A DNA stretch of 64,000 nucleotides from an uncultured Verrucomicrobiales bacterium (GTDB lineage Bacteria; Verrucomicrobiota; Verrucomicrobiia; Verrucomicrobiales; Akkermansiaceae), in NCBI GenBank assembly GCA_937958875.1, contig CALGMJ010000016.1, positions 306 to 64,305 of the forward strand, in the 5' to 3' direction. This document shows, piece after piece, positions 32,913-41,914 of the stretch. Every line of letters begins with the position of its first letter. Positions within the stretch are counted from its first letter, which is position 1. A program made the position numbers and the translations under genes. The notes under the pieces were generated by a model, which had not been told where the DNA came from, ran no database searches, and was given only the letters and a program-made list of their open reading frames with translations.

Positions 32913-34814
32913 ATGGCAGACGAAAAAGACCGCAAGACTTTGGAAGAAAGGCATCAGATGTCCGATCTCGAACGACTACGTCACTCCTGTGCTCACGTAT
33001 TGGCGACAGCGGTTTCTCGTCTCTGGCCAGATGCTCAGTTTGCTGCCGGCCCTCCGGTGGAAGGTGGTTTTTACTATGATGTAGAGCTCAAACACCGGAT
33101 TTCCCCAGATGATTTCCCGAAGATCGAGGCGGAGATGAAAAAGGTGGTGAAAGAGAATGCTCGCTTTGAGCGCATCGTCGTTTCTCGCGATGAGGCAATG
33201 GCTCTTGCGAAAAGTGGTCGCCTTGCCTCGGTGGCAGAACGCGATGTAGAGTCGATTTTCAAGGTGGATCTCCTCAATGATATTCCTGAAGACGAGGAGA
33301 TTTCCATTTATCAGAACGGAGATTTCTGGGATCTCTGTGCTGGTCCTCACGTGGGCCGCACCGGGAACTGCAAGGCTTTTAAGGTAATGTCAGTCGCGAG
33401 TGCTTTCTATAAAGGGGACAAGGATAAGCAGCAACTGCAGCGGATCTACGGGACTTGCTTTAAAAATAAAACGATGCTGGACGAGCATCTTGAGCGGCTT
33501 GAAGAGGCGAAAAAGCGTGATCATCGCCGTCTTGGAAAAGAAATGGGCCTCTTTACTTTCGATGAGTCCGTGGGACAGGGTTTGCCGTTATGGAAGCCGA
33601 AGGGGGGGATTATTCGTCGCCAGCTTCAGGATTTTATTTCTGCAGAACTGGATAAGCAGGGATATTTTCAAGTCTTCACGCCTCACATCGGGAAGCTAGA
33701 TCTCTATCGTACTTCTGGACACTTTCCATACTATGAGGAAAGTCAGTTTCCTCCCATCGTGGAGCGAGATGCCATCCGTGATCTGGCTGAAGAAGGAGCT
33801 ACCTGCAGTGATCTCGTCAACTATATCAGCACTGGAGAGATTGAAGGTTTCTTACTGAAGCCGATGAACTGCCCTCATCACATTAAGATTTTCGATAGTG
33901 ATGCGCGTAGCTACCGTGATCTTCCGGTTCGTCTCGCTGAATTTGGGACCGTTTACCGTTGGGAGCAGTCCGGAGAGCTTGGCGGTCTTACGCGTGTGCG
34001 GAGTTTTACGCAAGATGATGCCCACCTTTTCTGTACTCCAGATCAAGTCGCTGAAGAGGTTCAGGGATGTCTCGGACTCGTTAAAACTGTGCTGACTACT
34101 CTGGGGATGACTGATTACGGCGTTCGTCTCTCTCTCCGTGATCCGGACTCTGATAAATACGTCGGAGATCCTGCAAATTGGGATAAGGCGGAAGCGGCTT
34201 TGCGTGAAGCGGTTCAGACTCTTGGAGTGGATTACACTGAGGAACCAGGAGAAGCCGCTTTCTATGGTCCGAAGATTGATTTTGTGGTGAAGGATGTCAT
34301 CGGGCGCGACTGGCAGCTGGGTACCGTGCAGGTCGACTATAATCTACCTGAGCGCTTTAATCTTAGCTACACTGGCTCCGATAATAAGCCACACCGTCCC
34401 GTGATGATTCACCGAGCACCATTTGGCTCACTCGAGCGCTTCGTGGGTCTCCTGATCGAGCATTTCGAAGGGAAGTTCCCAGTGTGGCTAGCTCCTGAGC
34501 AGGTGCGTATTTTACCGATCTCGGAAAAATACAATGAAGCGGCACAGAAAGTGGTCACCGATTTAGCAGATCGCGGAGTGCGAGTAACCATGGATGGTGC
34601 TGGAGATAAGATCGGTGCTAAGATCCGCCTAGCTCGTATGGATCGCCTTCCATATCTCTGTGTTCTGGGTGAACGCGAGGTGGCGGAGAATACGATCAGT
34701 GTGCGTCATCGAGATCTTGGTGACCTCGGGAGTTTGCCTCTCGATGAGTTTATGGAGCGTATCACTGATGAAATTTCCCAGCGCACGCTCGTGGAGGCGC
34801 CTGAAGAGGGGTAA
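32913..34814 (+). CDS. thrS: threonine--tRNA ligase (no TGS domain)
   Basis: RHSCAHVLA editing-domain motif, KPMNCPHH, FTQDDAH, and an HRAPFGSLERF-containing class II core plus anticodon-binding domain. Only about 20 aa precede the editing domain. Confidence 0.95.
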   Translation: MADEKDRKTLEERHQMSDLERLRHSCAHVLATAVSRLWPDAQFAAGPPVEGGFYYDVELKHRISPDDFPKIEAEMKKVVKENARFERIVVSRDEAMALAKSGRLASVAERDVESIFKVDLLNDIPEDEEISIYQNGDFWDLCAGPHVGRTGNCKAFKVMSVASAFYKGDKDKQQLQRIYGTCFKNKTMLDEHLERLEEAKKRDHRRLGKEMGLFTFDESVGQGLPLWKPKGGIIRRQLQDFISAELDKQGYFQVFTPHIGKLDLYRTSGHFPYYEESQFPPIVERDAIRDLAEEGATCSDLVNYISTGEIEGFLLKPMNCPHHIKIFDSDARSYRDLPVRLAEFGTVYRWEQSGELGGLTRVRSFTQDDAHLFCTPDQVAEEVQGCLGLVKTVLTTLGMTDYGVRLSLRDPDSDKYVGDPANWDKAEAALREAVQTLGVDYTEEPGEAAFYGPKIDFVVKDVIGRDWQLGTVQVDYNLPERFNLSYTGSDNKPHRPVMIHRAPFGSLERFVGLLIEHFEGKFPVWLAPEQVRILPISEKYNEAAQKVVTDLADRGVRVTMDGAGDKIGAKIRLARMDRLPYLCVLGEREVAENTISVRHRDLGDLGSLPLDEFMERITDEISQRTLVEAPEEG

Positions 34815-34965
34815 ATTTATCGATGAATCGTGAAAAAATCATCCGTTCGGTTGCTCTATCTTCCTGAATATGCTTATTTCCCTACAGGTCAACAGCCTGT
34901 GACCCTCAACCCAACCGTATAAACCCATCGCTAAGAAGAAGTTTAAGAGAGCGCCTCGCCGGGAC

Positions 34966-35580
34966 ATGACCCGGATTAACGAGCGTATCCGTGCCCCAAG
35001 AATCCGAGTCGTCTATGGTGAAGGCCAGCAGCTCGGTGTGATGACCACCCGTGAGGCTTTAGATAAAGCTAAGTCTGTTGGTCTTGATCTCGTAGAAATA
35101 GCCTCCAAGGCAGACCCTCCAGTTTGTAAGATCGTCGATTACGGGAAGTGGAAATACGAGCAGTCCAAGCTTAAGAAAACCAGTAAGAGTAAGGGCGCTA
35201 CTAAGATGAAGGAAGTGAAATTCCGAGTCCGGACTGAGGAGCATGATTACAATATCAAGTGCTCACGTGCCGAGAAATTCCTCGAGGAAGGGCATAAGGT
35301 TCGGATTCAGCTTCAGTTCCGTGGGCGTGAAAATGCGCACCGGGAAATTGGTTTTGAAGTCATGCAGCGTGTGAAAGGTGATCTCAAAGGGATGGCCCAC
35401 GTTGACATGGAACCTAAACTTGCTGGCCGAGCAATTGGGATGGTTCTTTCGCCTCTTCCTAAGGAAAAGCAAGTCCGCCACTTCCAGATGGAGCATGGTG
35501 AACTCATCGAAGAAGATGACTTCGAAGATGATGAGGACAATGTCGAAAATAACGACGCTTCCTCTGAAGAAGAGGAGTAA
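34966..35580 (+). CDS. infC: translation initiation factor IF-3
   Basis: RINERIRAPRIRVV...PPVCKIVDYGKWKYE... matches IF3. Coordinates are from the first ATG, but the true start may be the in-frame ATC at 34927 (see findings). Confidence 0.93.
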   Translation: MTRINERIRAPRIRVVYGEGQQLGVMTTREALDKAKSVGLDLVEIASKADPPVCKIVDYGKWKYEQSKLKKTSKSKGATKMKEVKFRVRTEEHDYNIKCSRAEKFLEEGHKVRIQLQFRGRENAHREIGFEVMQRVKGDLKGMAHVDMEPKLAGRAIGMVLSPLPKEKQVRHFQMEHGELIEEDDFEDDEDNVENNDASSEEEE

Positions 35581-35615
35581 AGCGATTCGTTTTTCACGAT
35601 ACTAAAAAATCTTTC

Positions 35616-35652
35616 AAACGCAGGATTGCAGAAATGCTTCCTGCGTTTTTTG
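35616..35652 (+). terminator. rho-independent terminator of infC
   Basis: AAACGCAGGA/TCCTGCGTTT stem with a 13-nt loop, running into a TTTTTT tract. Confidence 0.8.
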
Positions 35653-35742
35653 GATCTGCTCATTTTTCATTCTGATCCATTTTGTAAATTCTGTCTCAAA
35701 AAAAATCCACGGGTTTCTCTGAACTCACATCTATCCACGCTA

Positions 35743-36414
35743 ATGTCTCCTAAATTATTTCTCTTTGATATCGACTGTACCCTCATCGACACCGGTGGGG
35801 CAGGCATGTCTGCTTTAACGGAAGCTGCCGTTGTTATTTTCGGTTCAGAAGGTCCTCCTCTAGATCTTGCCGGTTCTACTGATAGTGGGATCGTACGAAA
35901 TCTATTTGAGCATTTTGGAAAACCCTATGATCCTGAACTTGAGCTGAAATTTTATGAAGATTACCTCGTGAGGCTCGCCTCAAATCTGAATGACGAGAGT
36001 TTTGGAGGTCGAGTTCTTGAGGGTGTTCCGTCTTTGTTAGATAAGCTGGGGAAAACAGAGCACACTCTGGGCTTATTGACTGGAAATATTGCGAAGGGGG
36101 CTGAGGTCAAAGCACGGCATTATGGGCTCGGTGACTATTTCTCTTTTGGTGCTTATGGTGATGATAATTGGGATCGCAATCTCCTGGGGCCGATCGCTAT
36201 CGAACGTTCTGGTAAAGAATTTGCACCTCGTGATGTGATCGTCATCGGAGATACGCCAAAGGATATTGCCTGTGCGAAAGCGTGTGGTGCGATTAGCGTC
36301 GCTGTTGCGACAGGGAAGTTCACCTTTGATGAGCTAGAAGCCTTTGCGCCTGATCTCACTCTGGCTGACCTAACAGGAGATGATTTAGTCGATCAGCTCC
36401 TAGATTTGGCATAG
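35743..36414 (+). CDS. HAD-superfamily hydrolase (phosphoglycolate phosphatase-like)
   Basis: DxDxT motif FLFDIDCTLIDT, with LLTGN and a GD.P.D motif IV. Start at the internal Met, downstream of the infC terminator. Confidence 0.8.
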   Translation: MSPKLFLFDIDCTLIDTGGAGMSALTEAAVVIFGSEGPPLDLAGSTDSGIVRNLFEHFGKPYDPELELKFYEDYLVRLASNLNDESFGGRVLEGVPSLLDKLGKTEHTLGLLTGNIAKGAEVKARHYGLGDYFSFGAYGDDNWDRNLLGPIAIERSGKEFAPRDVIVIGDTPKDIACAKACGAISVAVATGKFTFDELEAFAPDLTLADLTGDDLVDQLLDLA

Positions 36415-36441
36415 TTCGTTTTTTAAATCTGAGTACAAAGA

Positions 36442-36467
36442 AGCGGCAGGACTTTCGTCCTGCCGCT
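36442..36467. terminator. strong hairpin between convergent HAD and tsf genes (putative bidirectional terminator)
   Basis: Perfect 11-bp stem AGCGGCAGGAC/GTCCTGCCGCT with a 4-nt loop. The T-runs are weak on both sides. Confidence 0.6.
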
Positions 36468-36505
36468 CTGTTAGGTGAGATTGGGATCTTAAATCTGTTT
36501 CAAGA

Positions 36506-37372
36506 TTATTCGCCTAGGCCGAAGCGGGTGAAGCGCTTGATGGCGAAAGTGTCGCCGGCTTCTTTCCCTTTCGCTTCCAGAAGTGCCTTGATCGCAGTGT
36601 CAGGGTCCTTAATGAAACCCTGCTCGAGGAGGCACTGCTCAGAGTAGAATTTACCAAGCTTACCTTCGATGATCTTATCGATGATGTTCGCTGGCTTATT
36701 CTGGCCTTCCATTTGCTTACGGAAGATGTCCTTTTCTGCTTCGACGAGCTCAGCAGGGATGTCTTCGCGCTGAAGTCCAGATGGAGCAGCAGCAGCAATG
36801 TGGAGAGTGAGATCCTTGACGAGATCCTTGAAGGCGTCAGAGGAAGCAGAATCTGCATTTCCAGCGCTAACTTCGAGAAGAACGCCGACTTTTCCGCCGA
36901 GGTGGATGTAAGAAGCGATTGCTCCTTCACCTTCAGCTGCAAAGCGAGTGAAACGGCGGAACTGAAGGTTCTCGCCCATTTCGAGCACCTTAGCCTTGAT
37001 GAATTGCTCAAGAGTCTCTTCGCCTTTCGGGAGAGCAAGAGCAGCGTCAAGGTCAGCGGCATCAGAGGCGAGCACGGTCTGTGCGACATCTGAAACGAAG
37101 GACTGGAAGTTCTCGTTCTTAGCAACGAAGTCAGTCTCGCAGTTGATCTCGACAATGATTCCAGACTTACCGGAAGCGTCGATTTCGGCAGCGATGATGC
37201 CTTCTTTCGCTTCGCGGGAAGCTTTCTTGTCAGCCTTAGCCTGACCTTTTTCGCGGAGAAGCTTGATAGCTGCTTCGAGATCGCCGTTGGTTTCTTTGAG
37301 TGCATTTTTGCACTCCATCATGCCAACGCCAGTGGTCTCGCGGAGTTCTTTAACAAGTGATGCAGTGATCAT
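36506..37372 (-). CDS. tsf: elongation factor Ts
   Basis: MITASLVKELRETTGVGMMECKNALKETNGDLEAAI is the canonical EF-Ts UBA-like N-terminus. Full-length match. Confidence 0.97.
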   Translation of the reverse strand: MITASLVKELRETTGVGMMECKNALKETNGDLEAAIKLLREKGQAKADKKASREAKEGIIAAEIDASGKSGIIVEINCETDFVAKNENFQSFVSDVAQTVLASDAADLDAALALPKGEETLEQFIKAKVLEMGENLQFRRFTRFAAEGEGAIASYIHLGGKVGVLLEVSAGNADSASSDAFKDLVKDLTLHIAAAAPSGLQREDIPAELVEAEKDIFRKQMEGQNKPANIIDKIIEGKLGKFYSEQCLLEQGFIKDPDTAIKALLEAKGKEAGDTFAIKRFTRFGLGE

Positions 37373-37400
37373 GATTGTAGAAAGTGTTTTCTATATAAAA

Positions 37401-38084
37401 TTATGCCTTAGCGCCAACGGAGATTCCGTCGACAAGGTTCTGGAGAACCATACGGATGGAGCGCATTGCGTCATCGTTCGCCGGGATTGGGTAGTCGATG
37501 ATGCTAGGGTCGCCATTGGTGTCCACGATTCCGATGATTGGGATCTTGAGACGACGAGCTTCTGCTACTGCGATGGACTCCTTAGCGGTGTCAACGATCA
37601 CAAGCGCATCAGGGTGCTTCTCCATGTTGCGAACCCCGTTGAGGTTGCGGAAGAGCTTATCCTTCTCACGGCCAAGAGCAGCAAGCTCCTTCTTGGACAT
37701 CGCCTTGTATTCAGGAGAGCGCTCGATGTTTTCGAGATACTTAAGACGCTCAACAGACTTACGGATGGTGGTGAGGTTAGTCATGGTGCCACCAAGCCAG
37801 CGGTGGTTCACGTAGAGTTGGCCAGTCGCATCAGCGGCTTCACGGACAGCTTGCTGAGCCTGGCGCTTACAACCAACGAAGAGAATGTTCTTTTTCTTGG
37901 CCGAAATGTCAGAAAGGAAAGAAGAAGCAGTGTCGAGGCAGCGGAGAGTTTTTTCGAGATCGATGATGTAGATGCCACCCTTATCCTTCATGAGGTAAGG
38001 CTTCATTTTTGGATTCCACTTCTTAGTCTGGTGTCCGTAATGAACGCCAGCCTCGACCATTTCTTTGATGAGTTCGTTGACCAT
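37401..38084 (-). CDS. rpsB: 30S ribosomal protein S2
   Basis: [26 protein letters not shown] matches S2. Conserved rpsB-tsf gene order. Confidence 0.97.
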   Translation of the reverse strand: MVNELIKEMVEAGVHYGHQTKKWNPKMKPYLMKDKGGIYIIDLEKTLRCLDTASSFLSDISAKKKNILFVGCKRQAQQAVREAADATGQLYVNHRWLGGTMTNLTTIRKSVERLKYLENIERSPEYKAMSKKELAALGREKDKLFRNLNGVRNMEKHPDALVIVDTAKESIAVAEARRLKIPIIGIVDTNGDPSIIDYPIPANDDAMRSIRMVLQNLVDGISVGAKA

Positions 38085-38234
38085 AATATTGGGTCCTTCA
38101 TTAAAGCATGAAGGCGCTTTTGGGTGAGAATTTGCCGCTTTGACCTCTTCCAGAAATTCTCATTGTTTAACCGGCAGCAAGGGAAGAGGGGGCGGAGTTA
38201 CGAGGAAAACCGCATTTTAGCAAGAATTTTTCGG

Positions 38235-38270
38235 GAAAAGAAAAAGCCCTGAGATCGAGATCTCAGGGCT
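38235..38270 (-). terminator. rho-independent terminator of the 38299-38889 gene
   Basis: 12-bp palindromic stem AGCCCTGAGATC/GATCTCAGGGCT, followed on the minus strand by TTTTTCTTTT. Confidence 0.8.
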
Positions 38271-38298
38271 TTGAGGTGATATTTTGAAAATAGGGTGT

Positions 38299-38889
38299 TT
38301 ATTCCGCAAGTTGAATCCGGATTTGTCCGGGGTGGATGGAGATGTCTTCGACTCCGCGTCCAAGGGCATTTGGTTCTCCTTCACCGCCGAGCGTGGTTAG
38401 CAGGTTTTTCCCTTTGAGATCGCCCAGCCAGGCATTTGGAAGAGAAATTCCGTAGAGGGTAAGGTCATCGAGAACGATTTTCGGGTCGCTATTGTCGGTA
38501 TCAACGAGAAAGCGAGCCTTGGCTTTCAAGGTTTTGCCTCCCAGGACGGGAAGATCAGAATCGAGTTCGGTTTTTACGCGGGCATGAATAGCATCCTTGG
38601 CGAGCTTGAAGCTGACTTTTCCACCTAACTGAGTGTGGAGATGGAGAAGCCCATTGAGTTCTCGCTCGGTGAGGATGATTGTTTTTTCGCCAGGTTGATA
38701 AACCTCAGGATCGATCTTTTGTTCGACAGCATTTTTCTCAGTGGTGGTAAGGACCACTGGTTTAATAGCGCGATTCTGCCACCAGATCACGCCTGCACCA
38801 GCGGTAAGGCCAACGGCGAGAAAGATCAGCGTCGCGACGAGAACGGGTTTTAAAGTCCGTCGACGATTAAGGATAGGTGATTCATTCAT
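38299..38889 (-). CDS. hypothetical membrane-anchored protein
   Basis: An N-terminal basic stretch plus one TM helix (VLVATLIFLAVGLTAGAGVIWW). No family recognised. Confidence 0.55.
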   Translation of the reverse strand: MNESPILNRRRTLKPVLVATLIFLAVGLTAGAGVIWWQNRAIKPVVLTTTEKNAVEQKIDPEVYQPGEKTIILTERELNGLLHLHTQLGGKVSFKLAKDAIHARVKTELDSDLPVLGGKTLKAKARFLVDTDNSDPKIVLDDLTLYGISLPNAWLGDLKGKNLLTTLGGEGEPNALGRGVEDISIHPGQIRIQLAE

Positions 38890-38994
38890 TTCACTAAGTG
38901 AAACGAGACCAATTCCTTCAATATTCTTAAAACTGATGAGAATTCAGGGGCGATTTTGTAGCGGAGAAATATCAGTGAAGAAATGTAGCGGCAT

Positions 38995-39246
38995 TCATTT
39001 TCCCTCTGGCATCGCAGGTAGGAGTGCGAGCAGAGTCTTATAGCGATCTTCGGAGAAGTCCCGATTTTCACGATCGAGAGCCTCGATCTCATCTGCGAGA
39101 CAGAAGGCGATCATCGATTTGGCCTCATCGGATTCGATTTCATGTTCTGAAATTAGATTTTGATAGCACTCCGCGACATAAGGAGTGATAGGGGATTCGA
39201 TTTGTTGCTCTACGGCTGGGATGATTTTTTCAAGGGCTTCGTCCAT
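38995..39246 (-). CDS. hypothetical small acidic protein (83 aa)
   Basis: ATG ORF with unremarkable, non-repetitive amino-acid composition, downstream of the rpmE2 terminator. No family recognised. Confidence 0.45.
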   Translation of the reverse strand: MDEALEKIIPAVEQQIESPITPYVAECYQNLISEHEIESDEAKSMIAFCLADEIEALDRENRDFSEDRYKTLLALLPAMPEGK

Positions 39247-39265
39247 GATGAGTCAGAGTAGAAAT

Positions 39266-39299
39266 GAAAAAGGCGATCCCGTGAAGGACCGCCTTTTTT
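39266..39299 (-). terminator. rho-independent terminator of rpmE2
   Basis: AGGCGATCC/GGACCGCCT stem (one mismatch) flanked by an A-run and a T-run. Confidence 0.75.
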
Positions 39300-39327
39300 G
39301 AAAAAGAAAAATATGATTTTTCCTGAA

Positions 39328-39597
39328 TTAGCCACGACTCGGCTTCTTCGCGCGGCGCACGGCACCGAAACGCTTTTGGAACTTGTCGATTCGGCCCTCG
39401 GTATCCACGAAGGTGGACTTACCGGTAAAGAACGGGTGTGAATCGGCGGTCAAGCCCATGGAAATCACAAAATGCTCCACTCCGTCGATTTCCTCAATCT
39501 TGTCAGATTTAGCGGTTGAACGAGAGATGTAGCGATGGCCAGTCGTCATGTCTTGAAAGATGACTGGATGGTAATCAGGATGAATATCTGCTTTCAT
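39328..39597 (-). CDS. rpmE2: 50S ribosomal protein L31, type B (no Zn-ribbon cysteines)
   Basis: MKADIHPDYHPV...SHPFFTGK...RFG matches L31. The CxxC motifs are absent, as in YkgM/YtiA-type paralogues. Confidence 0.9.
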   Translation of the reverse strand: MKADIHPDYHPVIFQDMTTGHRYISRSTAKSDKIEEIDGVEHFVISMGLTADSHPFFTGKSTFVDTEGRIDKFQKRFGAVRRAKKPSRG

Positions 39598-39703
39598 AGG
39601 AGTCCCTACAGTTGGGTTACGACGTTTCCGACGCCGCGTGCGCGGACAATGTCGAAAAAGACGTTGGTGTCAATTCGATTTCAAGGTTATCCGCTCTCAG
39701 ACG

Positions 39704-39892
39704 ATGAATTTGCAGCGCTTTGAGACAATGGACCCCCATCTTCTGGTGGGCCTAGTGAATACCGAATTACGGAACAATTCCGAATCGCTGGACGATCTCT
39801 GTAAAACTCATGGGCTCGATGAAGAAAAGCTCATCGCGCGCCTGGCTACTGCTGACTACCATTTTCAGGCAGAATCAGGGCAATTTCGCTAG
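39704..39892 (+). CDS. DUF4250 domain-containing protein
   Basis: MDPHLLVGLVNTELRNNSESLDDLCKTHGLDEEKLIARL matches the DUF4250 pattern as I recall it. Start at the internal Met. Confidence 0.75.
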   Translation: MNLQRFETMDPHLLVGLVNTELRNNSESLDDLCKTHGLDEEKLIARLATADYHFQAESGQFR

Positions 39893-40444
39893 GATATCAG
39901 CGTGGACTTGCTCAGGTGTCTGGGTGGCGTCGATACGGTGAATAAATTGATCCGGAAGTGCCGAGAAAATCTCATGGCATTTTTCTAGATATTCGCGCTG
40001 TTCGAATTGATTGGCCTGACCATCGCGATAGCCGATACGTTCGAGAGCAATATCGATGGGGACCTCTAAAACGAAAACGTAATCAGGCTGAGGAGCGAAA
40101 GCTTCGTTAGTTTTACGGATTTCCAATGGGTCAAATCCTCGGATTCCTTGGTAGGCCATCGTAGAAAAATAATAACGATCGAGTATCACCACTGCTCCAC
40201 GTGCCAGAGCAGGTTTGATGAGCTCTTCGACATGTTCACGACGGTCGGTATGGAAGAGGTCTAATTCCTCTTGAGGTGATAGCCTGCCTGTTTCGGCAGA
40301 TTCTCTAAGCCGTTTCCCATGAGGTCCATCTGTGGGTTCCTTAGAAGTGATGACCTCTTTACCCAGGTGACGCAGCGTATTAGCTAGCGTTTGAACTTGA
40401 GTGGATTTTCCCGTGCCGTCGATGCCTTCAAAAACAATAAACAT
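39875..40444 (-). CDS. tmk: thymidylate kinase
   Basis: MFIVFEGIDGTGKSTQ P-loop and a DRY-type motif (LDRYYFST). Confidence 0.92.
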   Translation of the reverse strand: MFIVFEGIDGTGKSTQVQTLANTLRHLGKEVITSKEPTDGPHGKRLRESAETGRLSPQEELDLFHTDRREHVEELIKPALARGAVVILDRYYFSTMAYQGIRGFDPLEIRKTNEAFAPQPDYVFVLEVPIDIALERIGYRDGQANQFEQREYLEKCHEIFSALPDQFIHRIDATQTPEQVHADILAKLP

Positions 40445-40461
40445 GAGAAAATTTGGGGGAA

Positions 40462-40538
40462 TGGCACGCCCAGCAGGACTCGAACCTGCAACCTACGCAT
40501 TAGAAGTGCGTTGCTCTATCCAGTTGAGCTATGGGCGC
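40462..40538 (-). tRNA. tRNA-Arg(UCU), 77 nt, CCA encoded
   Basis: The reverse complement folds as a cloverleaf: acceptor GCGCCCA/TGGGCGT (G1-U72), D-arm GCTC/GAGC, anticodon arm ACGCA-CTTCTAA-TGCGT, T-arm GCAGG-TTCGAGT-CCTGC, discriminator G, CCA. Confidence 0.9.
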
Positions 40539-40858
40539 ATTTTGTTTTAAATGTCTGCTGGATAAGGAGTTTCTGTTTTTTCGGTATCGAAGCTTTTGGC
40601 TAACGGACTACCTAAGAAGACTACCGTAGAAAAAATGTCATTGGGTGACGCTCTTATGCTCGTAGTGATTAAGGATGTCTGAATTCGAAAGTGTAGAAAT
40701 TTCTTATCTGCGGAAGAGGACTACTTTCGGTCTATATTACTGGCAAGTTAAAATTAACGAAGTAGGTCGTTTAGAGGAGCTAAATTCGGCAAAATGTCAG
40801 TGGGCAAAGCTAGATTGCCTCAGTTGAAGGATTGTAAGACTTATCGCAAGCGATGCTC

Positions 40859-41878
40859 TCAAGGGGTAGGCTTGGATTGAGCGCAGCGAAAGCCCGTGTG
40901 GTTAGAAGGGGCGAGTGATTCAGAATAGTGACGGGCTGAGGGGCGGTAACGCAGGCAGTAGCTATGGTGGCAGAGGTAGGAGCCGCCACGGGTGACGTGC
41001 AGTAAACTCAGGGGATGTTGTTTCCCAAAGATAGCAGGGCTGGGGTATTTCCCCTTCATGAAAAACCAGTTAATCTCTGGCTGACTCACCCCTCGCTTAG
41101 GTCCAGTGGGATTTGGGTGAGGGTCTTTGATGAAAAAGTGGTATGTGTTCGGGTAGTAAAAGTCAGAACAATGCTCCCAGACATTTCCAGCCATGTCGTA
41201 GAGGCCGTAGGCGTTTGGAGGAAACGATTTTACGGGGGAGGTTCCGGTGTGGCCATCGAGCCCAGTATCGTTGTTAGGAAATTCTCCAGTAAAGATGTTC
41301 GCAGGCCATGAGCTAGGGTCAGGTTTGGCTTCATTTCCCCAGACGAAGGTTTTCTTTTCTTTTCCTCCACGGGCCGCGCGTTCCCATTCGGCCTCGGTGG
41401 GGAGGCGCTTTCCCGCCCATTTTGCATACGCATTAGCATCCTCCCAGGTGACGCAGGTGACGGGATGATTCTCTCTCCCTTTTAAGTGGCTTCGCCAGCT
41501 CGCGCCTTCACGAAATTGCCACCATTGCCATTCGGCACCTTGGCCGGATAGTTTGACCGCTTCTGGGGGGGCTGAAAAGACCATGGCGCCAGGCTTTAAG
41601 GTGCCTGGAGGTGCTTTTGGGAAATCTTCAGCACTCCAACCCCGTTCGGCCTGCGTGCGATAACCAGTCGCTTCGGTAAATTTGAGAAACTGAGCGTTGG
41701 TGACTTCATGGATGTCTAGATAGAAAGCGTCAATGGTGACTTGGTGTGATGGACCTTCTTCTTGAAAGCGTTTCGAATCAGCTCCTCGGGTGTAGGTTCC
41801 ACCGGGAATTTCGACCATTCCTTCCGGTGCCGCGAGAGCGAGGGAAGTGAGTGTGAGCAGGAATAAAAGTGGACGCAT
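40859..41878 (-). CDS. formylglycine-generating enzyme family protein (SUMF1/FGE)
   Basis: Signal peptide plus the motifs VTNAQF, RLPTEAEWE, GNVWEW-type (GNVWEHC) and RGGSYLCHHSYCLRYR. Start at the internal Met. Confidence 0.88.
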   Translation of the reverse strand: MRPLLFLLTLTSLALAAPEGMVEIPGGTYTRGADSKRFQEEGPSHQVTIDAFYLDIHEVTNAQFLKFTEATGYRTQAERGWSAEDFPKAPPGTLKPGAMVFSAPPEAVKLSGQGAEWQWWQFREGASWRSHLKGRENHPVTCVTWEDANAYAKWAGKRLPTEAEWERAARGGKEKKTFVWGNEAKPDPSSWPANIFTGEFPNNDTGLDGHTGTSPVKSFPPNAYGLYDMAGNVWEHCSDFYYPNTYHFFIKDPHPNPTGPKRGVSQPEINWFFMKGKYPSPAIFGKQHPLSLLHVTRGGSYLCHHSYCLRYRPSARHYSESLAPSNHTGFRCAQSKPTP

Positions 41879-41914
41879 TTGCTGAGAGGAGACACCCTCT
41901 CTACGCGCAAGACC

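Noticed and set aside
36514-37305. A 263-aa ORF on the same strand as tsf but in a shifted frame, covering almost the whole gene
   Set aside because: The translation is a Ser/Leu/Arg/Lys-rich low-complexity string with no recognisable domain. The EF-Ts frame is unambiguous. Long stop-free alternative frames are expected in strongly codon-biased, GAA/AAG/GCT-rich genes.
37263-38111. A 282-aa antisense ORF opposite rpsB, reaching into the tsf 5' end
   Set aside because: It lies entirely opposite highly conserved ribosomal protein S2 coding sequence and has no motifs. This is a typical antisense artefact.
39598-39703. A possible Zur box upstream of the L31 type B gene
   Set aside because: Type B L31 genes are often Zur-repressed, but I found no convincing AT-rich palindrome in the divergent promoter region. 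No claim is made.
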